A DNA stretch of 64,000 nucleotides from Macrostomum lignano (taxonomy: Eukaryota), in the NCBI GenBank assembly GCA_002269645.1, contig NIVC01001636.1, positions 5,898-69,897 of the forward strand. The letters run 5' to 3'. Positions 11,234 through 23,330 of the stretch are shown here, piece by piece. The stretch's first letter is position 1; every line of letters starts with the position of its first letter. The notes under the pieces are model-generated. The model saw only the letters and a program-made list of their open reading frames with translations, was not told the origin of the DNA and searched no databases. Both the position numbers and the translations under genes were made by a program.

Positions 11234-14200
11234 TTAGCTCACCAATTCCTCCATCAGCTCAAGCAGTTTGTCCCTTGAATCGTGATGGTCAAGAATGACA
11301 CTGTTGTGCTTGCGAATGACGCTGAGCAAAAGCGGGATTTCCCGGCAGTGCTGCATCACCATGATCAGTTCTTGAACATCGGCGTCCTCGCTGAGCAAGA
11401 CCTCTTTGAACCAGTGCTTTGCATCGTCCGCTACATCGCCGACTAAATCCAGCATCAGACACATCTTCAGGGCGTCAAAGTTGAAGAAGAAATACTGGTG
11501 ACAATCGTTGAAGATGACTGGAAACAGGTGTGCAATAAACTGGCTAAGAAAATGAAGAGTTGGTCGTTCATTGATGAAGAAGCAGAACTTCCAAGCGGAG
11601 TCAGAAGTGGTGAGATGGTGCCACACAAACTCTGTCACGGTTTGCTGGCCCGTTACATCCGCTGAATTGATTCGCCGGCTGACAGAATGACCTCTCATGT
11701 TGCGCAACACTTGAATGGCGTGATCTTTTTTGTTGTACTTGACAAAGGCGATGGCGCGCAGAGTTTCCCGGACAGTTTGGGCGCAATCGGGCAGTCTGTC
11801 TATGATGCCTGCGGAGATAGACAGAGACAAATACAGAGGAGAGATCATAGACAGAGGAGGGAGAGGGGGAGAGGGAAGATAAGGGCACGCTGCTTATGCA
11901 AGGTTTTGGATGGATAGAATGGCTGAATAAGGCAGTTGTGAGGGGGAAGTGACATACGCATCGGTTTGAACCGTTCCTAGCGGGTTTCATTTGCCTAGCA
12001 CCTGAGCAAACAAGAAGCAAATAGGCTAAAGAATTGAATCCCTCATACTCTACACAATGCATTATGCTATGAGACACATAGTGAGCCAGCAGACAATATT
12101 TAATCACTTCACCTGTCACCTTCTGCTCGGGGGTGTCCTGGCGCGCCAGCAGGACCAGGATATCGCGAACACAGTCGTAGATCTCGTGGTACTGCAGCGG
12201 AGCTTCCGAGCTGTACTTAGCGATCACCCTGATCCATGGAATGTTCATGAATGGTTGAAAGTAGAATGTCGGAGGCTGCTTGTCCACAGGCTTCAGGGTG
12301 AAGTCCTTGAAGCGGGCAAGGTGACGCGGCAGGTTATCGATGGTGCCATTAATAGCTTCTTCAATCTCCTGCTTCGAACTGTGTCCGCTTTTAAAGTACA
12401 CGATGGCATCGCGCATGAAGAAGTGGGGCATGCACTTGCTGTTCCTTTTACCACTGCTTTTGATGTGGCGTAGCAACAGCTGTAGTGCTTTTCGCGTGAG
12501 AGCCACCAAGCTTCCAGGCTGCCAGTCCTCCGGTGCCGTCTCTTCTAGCATGTAGAACAGAAGGCTCTTGGCGTGGTAGGTCTTCAGACCGTTCACAGTC
12601 TCAGACAGAACCTTCTTGATGAGGTATTTGAGCAGGATGAAGAGCTGACCCTGCACATCGTTGAGGCTGCGAAGGGTGAGCCTTTCCAAGAAAGTGGTGC
12701 TCACACGAAGCAGCTGACCGCCCTGGCCCGGGGGCGCCGCGGTCACTAGGTGGCAGTTCGATTCACGGACGCATTGAGTCAGCGATTTGAGCAGTGAGTC
12801 ACTGAGGTGAGAATCGGGATTTGGGTTTTCGACCACCTCGACGTGCGGATAACTGCAGCAACGGTAAGCTGTGACGTAATCAAAAGCCGGTCTCAGGCAG
12901 GAGCCGTATTCCGGCAGGGCTGGGTTGTTGGCTGGAAGCAGTGAAGGCACGTGGGTGAAATTTCACACTTTTTTATCTTTTTGCGTTTTCCAGTGCTACC
13001 CTGCTACCATTTCTCTTTCGACAAAGACAAAAGACAATTAAAGCCATAATCCTGGGGTGGCGTGGTCGAGAGATTAGCGGTTACCCCTGCCTGTATGAGT
13101 GTGTGCCGGTGTACTGCATTCATATGCAGTAGCCCTTGTGTATTTGCTTCGATACATGTCGGCTACTGTATCTGTATGCGTCACAGGCAATTCTGCCTTC
13201 TACCAGCTGTTGGACGATTGCACCAAAGGTGTAGCCAAATGGTGTCACCATCCCCCTGCAAAGCAACAAGCCAAATTGCCTTGTTGTTTTGCCGTAACTT
13301 ACTGTAGTTAAAAAGACATTTTAGGGTGCTTACGGAATCGTTACTTTACTTCTTTCAGTTATACTGGCATATGTCTTGTATGGATATAAAAAGTATACCA
13401 TTGGAATAATTTTTTCATTTCATGGTAGCTAGATTGCTTAAGTAGCCTTGACTTCAGTTACAAATATCAAGCCTATGTTTTTCCGAAACAGCAATACAGC
13501 GCAGCCCGTGAATGACTCACTTAGTCCAGTCACCGTCACGTGACCATTATCGTAGGTAACCAGATCCTCCTCCTTGACACTTTCGCACTGGCATCTGCCG
13601 CGAAGATGGTACATTCTGCCAGGAAAGAACTCCGCCACATCAACGTCAGACTCAACATCCGTCTTGCCGATCAGTCTGCTCAAACTGTTCCCCCAGCCCT
13701 CTGAGAAGCTGCCAACGACAAAAATGTCTTCCCAGTTTCGCCTCTTCTGCTCAATTTGTTGCATGACGTCACCGCATGCAGACTGGAAGGCTGACATTTG
13801 GCAAGTGAATCCAGCCTTTTTGAATTGCGAGTGCAGACTGTTGCTCAACTGGGAGTCTGTGACGTCATCGTTTCTGTAAGTTAAGTATTGTGTACCACTG
13901 ATATAGGCATACTGATCGATGGAGCCAGTAAGTACCATAGGAAAAAATGCGAGCGTAGCGTTTTAAAATCAAGAGTTTTAATGGTAGGTTTATATGAGGC
14001 ACGAATTCAAGTTAATGGCCAAGGGCATGATCGAAAGAAAATATCGATGCGTACACTTCATGTCAATGGTAGGCCGGTGTCAATTGGCCAGTACCGCAGA
14101 TAACATCGGTGAAGCAGTTGTCTATGGTCGAAATTGGAGACTAGTGATATGCAAAAGCTTGCATGCTACTTTGAGGGAGGTACGGCAGTGGCAGAGCAGG

Positions 14201-17062
14201 ACAAATTTCTGTTTTATGTCCTTTATTGCTTGAGCGAGAGGCCAAGAGAAATTGCAGCATCTGACACGACGAGATGCATTGGAGCTGCACACCGACTCTG
14301 ATGGTAAGGAGTTCTACTGAATAAGTCCGCGGATCCAGTGAGAAGTAAAGTGACGGTATCTAGACCTTCTACCAGTTGAAAGCAAGGATAACCACCTATT
14401 TCCACGGCCACTGGCAAACTCTGCGAACGGAAGTCCTACGTATTCAACGAAGCAGAAACGGGGAGTCAACTATCTTGTTTGATTCATGCATAACTTGAGC
14501 GAGAAGGCTGGGCTATCAAAGATGTATACCAACCATTGCATCACGTGGTACAACTGATGCACGTATAACAGATCTTAGATCTTTAATTTATCTGAGCGAA
14601 AACATTGTAAACTACATGCATTAGTAATGTAATCATCATTGATCATATTTTCTTAGGGTCACCAGGATTACGGATCTAGAGGCAGCGGGACATAGCATGG
14701 CCGACATTATGTCCATCACCGGCCAGACATCTGAACGAACGGCACGCAGGTACCTTACAAAACGTCGAGACCAATCTCTGCAAGCGAGCAGCTCTGCTGT
14801 GACGTCGGCATTGGCACTGCAAACTAAAGAAGGAGAAGTTAAAGGTGACGAGGCCGGACACGTAGGACCAAGCGATTCTGGGGCCAGTGAGCTGGATGTC
14901 AACGTGTTGTCAAACATGTAAATCACCGGCGTTAATCAGGAAAATCTGGCGACGGCGAAGTTTAGCTTTAACATCTGCACCTTCTCCGAATGCAATTTTT
15001 TTATAGATAAGACAGGTAATGATATGAAGCTTAATATGACTTGATAGGACTTTACCCTAATTAATTTAAAATAAATTGTTGCTTCGTTTGTCTGGTTTGC
15101 CCTTTAAATAAAATATCCGTTTGTCTTACAGTTAATGACCGGTCATTAATCAGAGGACATTAACGTGAAGTGACATTTCGATCAATGTCTATGGCTGAGA
15201 CGGCCGGAATCTGGTCTGCTTAATTTTAAAGACGGCTGGGGGAGACTCCTTATTGCAATCTTTTGGTAAAAAGTTGAATAATCTACGAAACAGGGACTAA
15301 TAAACCTCTTTAAAAGTCCCTGCTTTGAAATATGGGAAATTAAGGGAAAAAAGTAAAATAAGTACGGGACCACCGCCTTTGTGGGTCCCGGTTTCCCGGT
15401 TGATATTGAGCATCACGAATTACTGATGGCTCCTTCACCAGACTTTCAAAAGTCGGATTTCAATTTTCGGAAAATTGACTCATGCATGTATAAACTTCTT
15501 CTTTCACATCTGCATTCTCCAAGTTTGTCTTGGCACCAAACAAATTAAATGCCTGCGAGCGAGCATCTATGGGTTTAAATCATAAACTTTTGGCTGACTT
15601 TATTCCAACTGCAGGGTCAAGCTGAGAAATACGAGCGTAAAATTTAAACTTGAATTTGTCCCCTATCTGCTTGCAAAACAGAATTGAAAGGATAATTTAG
15701 CGTTATTTCCGATACTTCTTTTTATTCTATCTGACCCGGCCTACACAATTCACTATAAATTAAGCAGCCGCAGCTATAAAGTGCCTGCAGTTTGGGAGTG
15801 TGAAATTTCGGGTGTGAAAATTTGGAGAAGGGAAACTTCGGAGATCTGAAATTTTGGGAAAGTGAAATTTCGTGGATGTAAAATTTTGAGGATTTGAGAT
15901 TTCAAAGATGTGAAACTTCGGGGATATGAAAACTCTATCAAAGACGTGAAATATTGGGTATGGGAAATTTTGAAATATGTGAACTTCCAGAATGAGATCT
16001 TACAGGGGATGTGAAATCAGACACATATTTACAACGATTGTCAGTACAATTAACCAATACTCACTGCGCCTTTGCCCCCAGCTCGTCTTTTATGGCTTCA
16101 CCCATTGGCAACGCTTGTTTAGGCACTTGCTCAACACATTCTTTAGCAAGCGATGTACACGATACAGGCAGACGCTCTGCAGCCTCTGGACTGTGCTGCA
16201 GGATGGCTTTGGCAATTTCACCCGATCCGATGAAGCAAGCAACCTGCAGAGGCGAGAATGGAGGCCGAATGGACGCAAGCTGAGGTCGAGCACCGTTACT
16301 CAGCAAAATGCGAACTGCAGGCTGGCACACGACTGAAGAAGCAAAGAACAACGGCGTGCAGCCCATCTTGTCCTGTCGATTAGCATCAGCGCCTGCGTCG
16401 ATGAGCATTCGAATGACGCTCACGTTCTTGGCGAGGCACGCCTCGTGCAACGGCGTCTTTCCCGAATCGTCCTGTGCGTCGACGTCAACCTTGGCGTCAA
16501 TGAGAGATTGAACTACGGCTGTGCGACCGCACCAGCTCGCGACGTGCAGCGCAGTTGAGCCATCGTTGTTCCGCCGCTTGGCATCAGCGCCTGCGCCAAT
16601 CAGATGCTCCACTACGGCCACGTGACCCTCTTGACTGGCGGCGTACAGCGGTGAGCAGCCAGTGCCGGATGGCAGGTCCACAAGGGCCCCAGCATTAAGT
16701 AGGGCCTCTGCCACAAAAATATAGCCATTGGCTGCAGCAGCATAGAGCGGCGATCTGCCATTCTTGCGCGGTCGATTCACGTCGGCTCTGTTTTCGATGA
16801 GAAGGTTCACTGCCGGTAGCAAGCCGTTCTGACTAGCGCAATAGATGGGCGTCCGACCTATATCCTCTTCAGAATTAATGTCGGCGCCAGCCTCAATGAG
16901 TGTGGTCATCACAGCGATGTGGCCGTTGGCCGTAGCCCTGTGCAAGGCCGTCCAACCGAGTGCATCACGTTCGTGAATGTCAGCACCCTTAGCGATCAGC
17001 TGCTGGACCTGTTCGTCATTGCCGTTGCGTGTTGCCAATCGCAATTCGTCAATTATTGACAT
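11234..17062 (-). CDS. Ankyrin-repeat + Mab-21/cGAS-like receptor (cGLR) nucleotidyltransferase; 4 exons 17062-16065, 13873-13521, 12931-12113, 11808-11234; ~914 aa
   Basis: Exon 1 encodes ~9 ankyrin repeats (G.TALH.A...GH...V..LI.AGAD.N). Exon 2 carries the NTase motif VVGSFSEG...ESDVD. Exon 3 has the third acidic residue (AFDYV) and the Mab-21 motifs HLV...LRVS, LLKYL, GLKTYHAKSLLF, W...L and MPHFF. All three introns are GT-AG with matched phases (2,1,1): CA|GTGAGT...CTTAACTTACAG|A; A|GTGAGT...CTTCCAG|CC; G|GTGAAG...CTCCGCAG|GC. Total 2745 nt = 915 codons, open throughout. Confidence 0.85.
14140..14990 (+). mobile_element. Degenerate Crypton-type tyrosine-recombinase DNA transposon, antisense in intron 1 of the ANK-cGLR gene
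   Basis: Frameshifted pieces DMQKLACYF, RGQEKLQHLTRRDALELHTDSDGKEFY, YLDLLP..NHLFPRP, FMHNLSEKAGLSKMYTNHCI and (R)VTRITDLEAAGHSMADIMSITGQTSERTARRY match the Crypton YR pattern RG.E...AGL...YTNH..R.T..T.L...G.....IM..TGH.S.....Y. Confidence 0.72.
15795..16020. repeat. Degenerate ~16-bp tandem repeats (GTGAAATTT-like) in cGLR intron 1
   Basis: About a dozen GTGAAA/ATGAAA-TTT/CTT units. Confidence 0.6.
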
Positions 17063-19914
17063 TATGGTCTTTTGTTCCTCCAATTAAGTCAACTAATCAA
17101 GTTTTTTCTGAAATAATAGTGATATTGTAAGTCATGCTTGGGTATCTAATTCTTCTGTATTTGTATCTAAAAATATCATAAAATATCATAAAAGTGTCAT
17201 AGATTGCTCCAAATATTTCAATACAAATATGTCAGATTGAATAACTATGGTACTTTCATTTTTTACATTAAAAATGAAGAATCGAGCATTATTGGTGACA
17301 GACAGTGAATATTCAAATGATAAATCAGATTGTATTATAACTGTATTCAGCAAAAGTATTTTTTAATTTAGCTAAACAAATTTGACAGAGCATCCCCAGA
17401 TTTACCACTATTGTAAAGTATCTACAGTAATTCTGCAGCATCTTTATTTCAGAATATTGCAGCTGCCTCACATGGACAACAATTAGGCAATTAAACTCTT
17501 GTCCTAAATCACTAATTTCCACCTAGCTGGTGTGTTCTAAGCAATCATTAAGACAAAATTCAAAAGTCAATCGTTTAAAAGTTAATCCCTGAGCTCCAGT
17601 GAGCATGCGTCCTGTGTTCTGTAATAGTATTTGTTCAACTCACAAATTTAGTACTGCCACGACATTTTATATTCTATCAGAACAAAGTCATAAATATAAA
17701 ATATATTATGTAATAGCAATATTTACTTTAGATGAAATCGAATTATTTTTAGACAAAAAGAATACTTTAAATATTTAGCATCAACGAAAATTAGGAATAA
17801 TTTAAAGTCTGAAACTTGCAACGTCCTTTAATATTTTGTCAACGGCACAGCATGAAATTATAGAATAATCTATCACCATGACAAAAGAGATATAATATAT
17901 TACAAAATATGGTTAAAAAACTATAAATCACATAGAAAATAAATCAGTTGTAAAAGAGCGGGTAAGTATGGACACATGTAAAATGTTATATGACATGATA
18001 CATTTACTTTGCGTATTGTTATTAGTATATTAATTGATGTATACTGAATTTTTTATATTCCCCGTACACTTCTACAATTTACAAATTATATGTCAAAATG
18101 ATAAATTAATATTATAAGCTAATGCAATAGCTTTCTATGTACAACCCATACAGTAGTTGCTATCACGCTAGTTGTGGGACGATGAGCCAGTAAGTAGTAT
18201 AGAAAAAAATGCGAGCGAAGCGAGAATTTTTTTCTATGCTGCTTACTTTTGCGAAATCGTCCCTGATAAGATGTGCAACAGATGTGACACACTAAAAATG
18301 ACGTTTTTCAACTTTGAAACGCTGCCAATAGAAAACGATACGACCGATTTACAAACAGTTTTTGCCAAAATGTGTCAAAGACCTAGCGCTATCGGATGCA
18401 CAATAGTTGGTTGCCATGGCAATGCGTTTTGGTTGCCATGGCAACCAAAAACTGCGTTTTTTCGACATTGTCAAAAAATTTGATCTCAATTACAGCGGCA
18501 GGAAATTATGGCAGCGCTTAGTGAGTGTGCTCAATAGACGCAGGCATTTGAACGCTACAATGATCCGAAATGGATTTTTTGATTGTACTTTTACTTCACA
18601 GGTAAAAGTACAAAAAACGTGTTTTTTGAGGTCGAAAATTTGGCATTTTTTTCAACTTTGCCTCACCGCAGCGAAAAGGACGCGCGATAGCGCGGCCTTT
18701 GAGCTGCCTCATAGCGTCAATAACACCTGGGGCTGTTTGATGCGCTATAGTTTTTAGGGCTAAAATGTACTTTTCACATGGCTGCCTATCTGCTGTTTAA
18801 AAGTACAAATTTTTAGTGCACTTTTGTGAGGCCTATGGCGTCGAGATGGAAAACTTTATTTTTGCTGTTTTGCATACCAAATAACTCAAATAGATGTCTT
18901 TTAATCGGAAACATCGAGATTTGGCCGATTGGGCCATCAATAACCTGCCCAGGTGCCAAAGAGTGCCTAAAAACGACATTTTCGAAAAATTGGGTCACGT
19001 TTTTTAAAAGTAGTCCCAAAAAATAAGAAAGTGTTTTATGCTACGGTGTTGAGACTTTAACACAACGTGTCAAACATATGGAAATTTGTTTTCCTGAATT
19101 TTCTAAGCATTTGGACCTACCTGTGCGGAGCAGTGACCCGGAAACCGGGGAAAAAAGAGGCCGGGGGCTCTGCAGAAAATCAGACGTTGTTAAGAAAAAT
19201 TTTTTAAAATGGGGCGAATTTTTTCGAGTGTAGTGTCAAATTGTAGCCCATCGGATGCCCTTTTGAATGACATAAGACACTCCTGAAAAAAACCCTGTTA
19301 ACAGGTACTTTTTACCTGTTAAGTGAAAAACGGCCCATTTGGGGTACAAACTTTGGAGTGGAAAAATAAGAAATTTTGCGCACCGATTTTTCTGCATTTT
19401 CAATATTGTTTAGTCGAATAGCTAAAGTTTCACCGGTCATACGCCAATATGGCTGGAAAATTCGTATTTTTGAGAAAATTGGCTCCGAATTTTGAGTAGG
19501 CCATTTTCGGGCAAATTTTGAGCATACTTTTGCTAATAACTCTGCATTGGCGAGACCTAGAGACTCAAGTTTGGTGTCTAAAAACAGCACTATGGATGCA
19601 TTATGCAGCTAAATCAGTTTTGAAAACTGATTCTTAGGTTAACAGGTCTTAATACCTGTTTGATTACCTGTCAGAACAGGTGAAAATTAATATTTTGGCG
19701 CCTAGCAGCCGAAAAATTTGTTGACATAATTTGAAAATGCATTGGATGAATGCGCCTTGATGTTATCTCTGTAACGACATGCGACTCGTATTTTTAGGTA
19801 GAAGCGTTGCGATGCAACGAGCAGAAATGTATGAAAAAGCAGCAAAAATGGTAGAAATGGCTGTTATTAGCGATATTCGATATAAAATACGTGTACTATA
19901 GGCCAACTTAGTAA

Positions 19915-19990
19915 GCAATTTGTGGCTCAGTGGCAGAGTTAGTTTCCATATAATTGAGTCCTGCAGGGTTCGATTCCCAAGAGATCCGAA
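19915..19990 (+). mobile_element. tRNA-derived SINE head remnant
   Basis: A box TGGCTCAGTGG and B box GGTTCGATTCC with no cloverleaf. Confidence 0.45.
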
Positions 19991-20317
19991 AAATTTTTAG
20001 TTTAAAGTTCTTTTAGAGCAAACAGATTTTTAGTATTTTTATTTCTCTAACTATTATGTTTTTTATACAATTAAATTACATTTATTTAAATTTATTTTTC
20101 TTTTTATACGTATTTAAAGAGTAACAGAGAATCTTTTAGTGCGGCACATATGATTGTTAGTGCAAAAAGTATATTACGATACATGTCGGCAAGCAAGTAT
20201 TTGATGTCTGGTCGTTTGAAGGCTAGAATATAGTTGTAACATATTACAAAGACGTGTTTAGATGTGGGAAAAGTTCTCGAGGGGTGGTGGAGCGGTGGGG
20301 GAGCCAGCCCCCCTTTA

Positions 20318-22119
20318 CCACTAGACTAACTAATGCCAGGGGCGTGGGGGGCGGCCAGCCCCCCACTATACCACTAGACTAACTAATGCCAGGGGCGTGG
20401 GGGCGGCTAGCCCCCACTATACCACTAAACCACTAGACTAACTAATGCCAGGGGCGTGGGGGCGGCCAGCCCCCCACTATACCACAAGACTAACTAATGC
20501 CAGGGGCGTGGGGGGCGGCCAGCCCCCCACTATACCACTAGACTAACTAATGCCAGGGGCGTGGGGGCAGCCAGCCCCCCACTATACTACTAGACTAACT
20601 AATGCCAGGGGCGTGGGGTGCGGCGAGCCCCCCACTATACCACTAGACTAATAAATGCCAGGGGCGGCCAGCCCCCCACTATACCACTAGACTAACTAAT
20701 GCCAGGGGCGTGGGGGCGGCGAGCCCCCTACTATACCACTAGACTAATAAATGCCAGGGGCGTGGGGGGGGGGGAGCCCCCCACTATACCACTAGACTAA
20801 TAAATGCCAGGGGCGTGGGGGCGGCCAGCCCCCACTATACCACTAGACTAACTAATGCCAGGGGCGTGGGGGCGGCCAGCCCCCTACTATACCACTAGAC
20901 TAACTAATGCCAGGGGCGTGGGGGCGGCCAGCCCCCAATATACCACTATACCACTAGACTAACTAATGCCAGGGGCGTGGGGGGCGGCCAGCCCCCACTA
21001 TACCACTTAGACTAACTAATGCCAGGGGCGTGGGGGCGGCCAGCCCCCCACTATACTACTAGACTAACTAATGCCAGGGGCGTGGGGGGCGGCCAGCCCC
21101 CCACTATACCACTAGACTAACTAAAGCCAGGGGCGTGGGGGCGGCGAGCCCCCTACTATACCACTAGACTAATAAATGCCAGGGGCGTGGGGGCGGCCAG
21201 CCCCCCACTATACCACTAGACTAATAAATGCCAGGGGCGTGGGGGCGGCCAGCCCCCCACTATACCACTAGACTAATAAATGCCAGGGGCGTGGGGGCGG
21301 CCAGCCCCCCACTATACCACTAGACTAACTAATGCCAGGGGCGTGGGGGCGGCCAGCCCCCTACTATACCACTAGACTAACTAATGCCAGGGGCGTGGGG
21401 GGCGGCCAGCCCCCCACTATACCACTATACCACTAGACTAACTAATGCCAGGGGCGTGGGGGGCGGCCAGCCCCCCACTATACCACTTAGACTAACTAAT
21501 GCCAGGGGCGTGGGGGGCGGCCAGCCCCCCACTATACTACTAGACTAACTAATGCCAGGGGCGTGGGGTGCGGCGAGCCCCCCCACTATACCACTAGACT
21601 AACTAATGCCAGGGGCGTGGGGGGCGGCCAGCCTCCTACTATACCACTAGACTAACTAATGCCAGGGGCGTGGGGGGGCGGCCAGCCCCCCACTATACCA
21701 CTATACCACTAGACTAACTAATGCCAGGGGCGTGGGGGCGGCCAGCCCCCCACTATACCACTAGACTAACTAATGCCAGGGGCGTGGGGGCGGCTAGCCC
21801 CCCACTATACCACTATACCACTAGACTAACTAATGCCAGGGGCGTGGGGGCGGCCAGCCCCCCACTATACCACTAGACTAACTAATGCCAGGGGCGTGGG
21901 GGGCGGCCAGCCCCCCACTATACCACTAGACTAACTAATGCCAGGGGCGTGGGGGGCGGCCAGCCCCCCAGTATACCACTTAGAATAACTAATGCCAGGG
22001 GCGTGGGGGGCGGCCAGCCCCCCACTTTACCACTAGACTAACTAATGCCAGGGGCGTGGGGGGCGGCCAGCCCCCCACTATACCACTAGACTAACTAATG
22101 CCAGGGGCGTGGGGGGGGG
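20318..22119. repeat. GC-rich minisatellite, 34 copies of a ~52-bp unit
   Basis: Unit CCACTAGACTAACTAATGCCAGGGGCGTGGGGGGCGGCCAGCCCCCCACTATA. 34 AA(T/A)GCCAGGGG anchors counted; variation is mostly G/C-run length and an occasional extra CTATACCA. Confidence 0.97.
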
Positions 22120-22859
22120 CTTTTTAGCTCTCAATTTAGGTTAAATAAATAGATGTCATAGCCATAAACAATAATGGACACAATATATACCCATCGTCCC
22201 ACCTTTGAAGACGACAGCGTCTTCATTCACTAGTTAGTTCCTTGATACTAGGAACTATGTTTTAAGCTGACAGCTGCTGTCAATATAAACGTTCGGTTTA
22301 CAAAAGATCTTTGAAAAATTACATTTTCAGCACTAATGTAATTAAAAAGTATTATCAAATTAACGTTCTAAAACAAAACATTCAGGTATTACACAACTTA
22401 TAGAATTTTTGTTATAAATTGTAACGAAATAATCTCGTACGTGATTTGGAAATCTGCTTTGCTTGAAACTGGTCCCGACTGAAATAACGTGAGACTACAC
22501 AATAACGTGAGATGACACATACAGTGATATTTAGTCAGACAATTTGTTGAAGAAGTATCATATTGGATTTAAAAGACTTGTTGCCTCGTAATAACATTTT
22601 TACGAATGCTTCAATCAAGTGACTACTCAAGTAACGTATACAACGGTAATTTTTAGTGGTCCTTGATAAAAACATGCAAAAATGTAGCGTAAAAGTTTTT
22701 CTTGTGAAGAAGTTATACCAAATTAATAAAAGCCCACTTGAGCTCCTTAGAATTGGAAACAGCAAGTGCATCAAGATATTTAATAGTGGAAAACAATTTA
22801 CTGAAGCAAATCGACCCACTTTTAGTAATACAACTTTGTATAGTACTACCAGCTAGAAA

Positions 22860-23045
22860 TATTAAAGTTCGTGAGAGTTCGTAAAGTATCCGACGAAATT
22901 CGGCGAGTGATTACCGGTACATAATTTATTGTAGCTGGTTCAGACTGCTATTAAAACTTTTTGTAGGCAGTTTCCTACCTACAGACCCACGTAGGGGAAG
23001 CCGCCAGATGAGCAGATGCCTGAGTCATCATGCCGCCAGTCGAGG
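22860..23045 (-). pseudogene. Degenerate WSC exon fragment
   Basis: GGM..Q.ICSSGGFPYVGL and TS.NK.CTGNHSP...GYFTNS align to the 40689 gene; stops and indels present. Confidence 0.7.
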
Positions 23046-23330
23046 AAGTTTCTTCGTGGTGAACTACTAGCCGTTGTGTTTTGCGAGACTGTCGCCGATA
23101 CTAGTGCTGACGGAGAAGCCGGACACGCTCGATCAGCTGCAGTTTGTCGGACTCGGGACTCACGGAGAAGCTGAGGTACTCGATCAGGCCATGTGCTCAG
23201 GGTCGTTCCTGCACGCCTCCTTCAGCTTCCCAGGACCAGAAGCAGTGAGAGCGCGGAGAGAGTGCGCCCTTGTGCCGACACCTCTGACCAGCGTGGATAC
23301 CGATTTCTACGTTCGATATTGATTGAAATC
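23046..23330 (-). pseudogene. Degenerate FReD fragment fused directly to the WSC fragment
   Basis: LTASGPGKL, SFSVSPESDKLQL and IGDSLAKHNG..FTT align to 4270-4460. Confidence 0.68.

Larger units (their letters stand above)
18167..22235 (+). mobile_element. Non-autonomous Helentron/DINE-like (rolling-circle) element containing a 1.8-kb tandem array
   Basis: Perfect 11-bp subterminal inverted repeat GTGGGACGATG (18174-18184) / CATCGTCCCAC (22192-22202); 3' hairpin GAAGAC-GACAGC-GTCTTC (22207-22224) then CTAG|T (22230-22233). Segment 18890-19690 is duplicated at 29370-30150. Confidence 0.62.

Noticed and set aside
11601-12112. C-terminal ~170 aa of the 449-aa ORF
   Set aside because: Reads through intron 3 (including a CT-rich polypyrimidine tract) and out of frame over exon 4.
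13438-13938. ORF ends MVLTGSIDQYAYISGTQYLTY and SESFTGCAVLL...
   Set aside because: Intronic read-through on either side of the true exon 13873-13521 (branch point and acceptor CTTAACTTACAG; donor GTGAGT).
16061-17083. Stand-alone 340-aa ankyrin protein as listed in the ORF track
   Set aside because: Its stop codon lies inside a perfect GTGAGT donor whose phase matches the next exon, so it is better explained as exon 1 of the cGLR gene. The listed TTG start is 7 codons upstream of the first ATG.
20318-22119. Regular ~52-bp periodicity resembling a CRISPR array
   Set aside because: Units are contiguous near-identical repeats with no unique spacers, no cas genes are present, and the context is eukaryotic.
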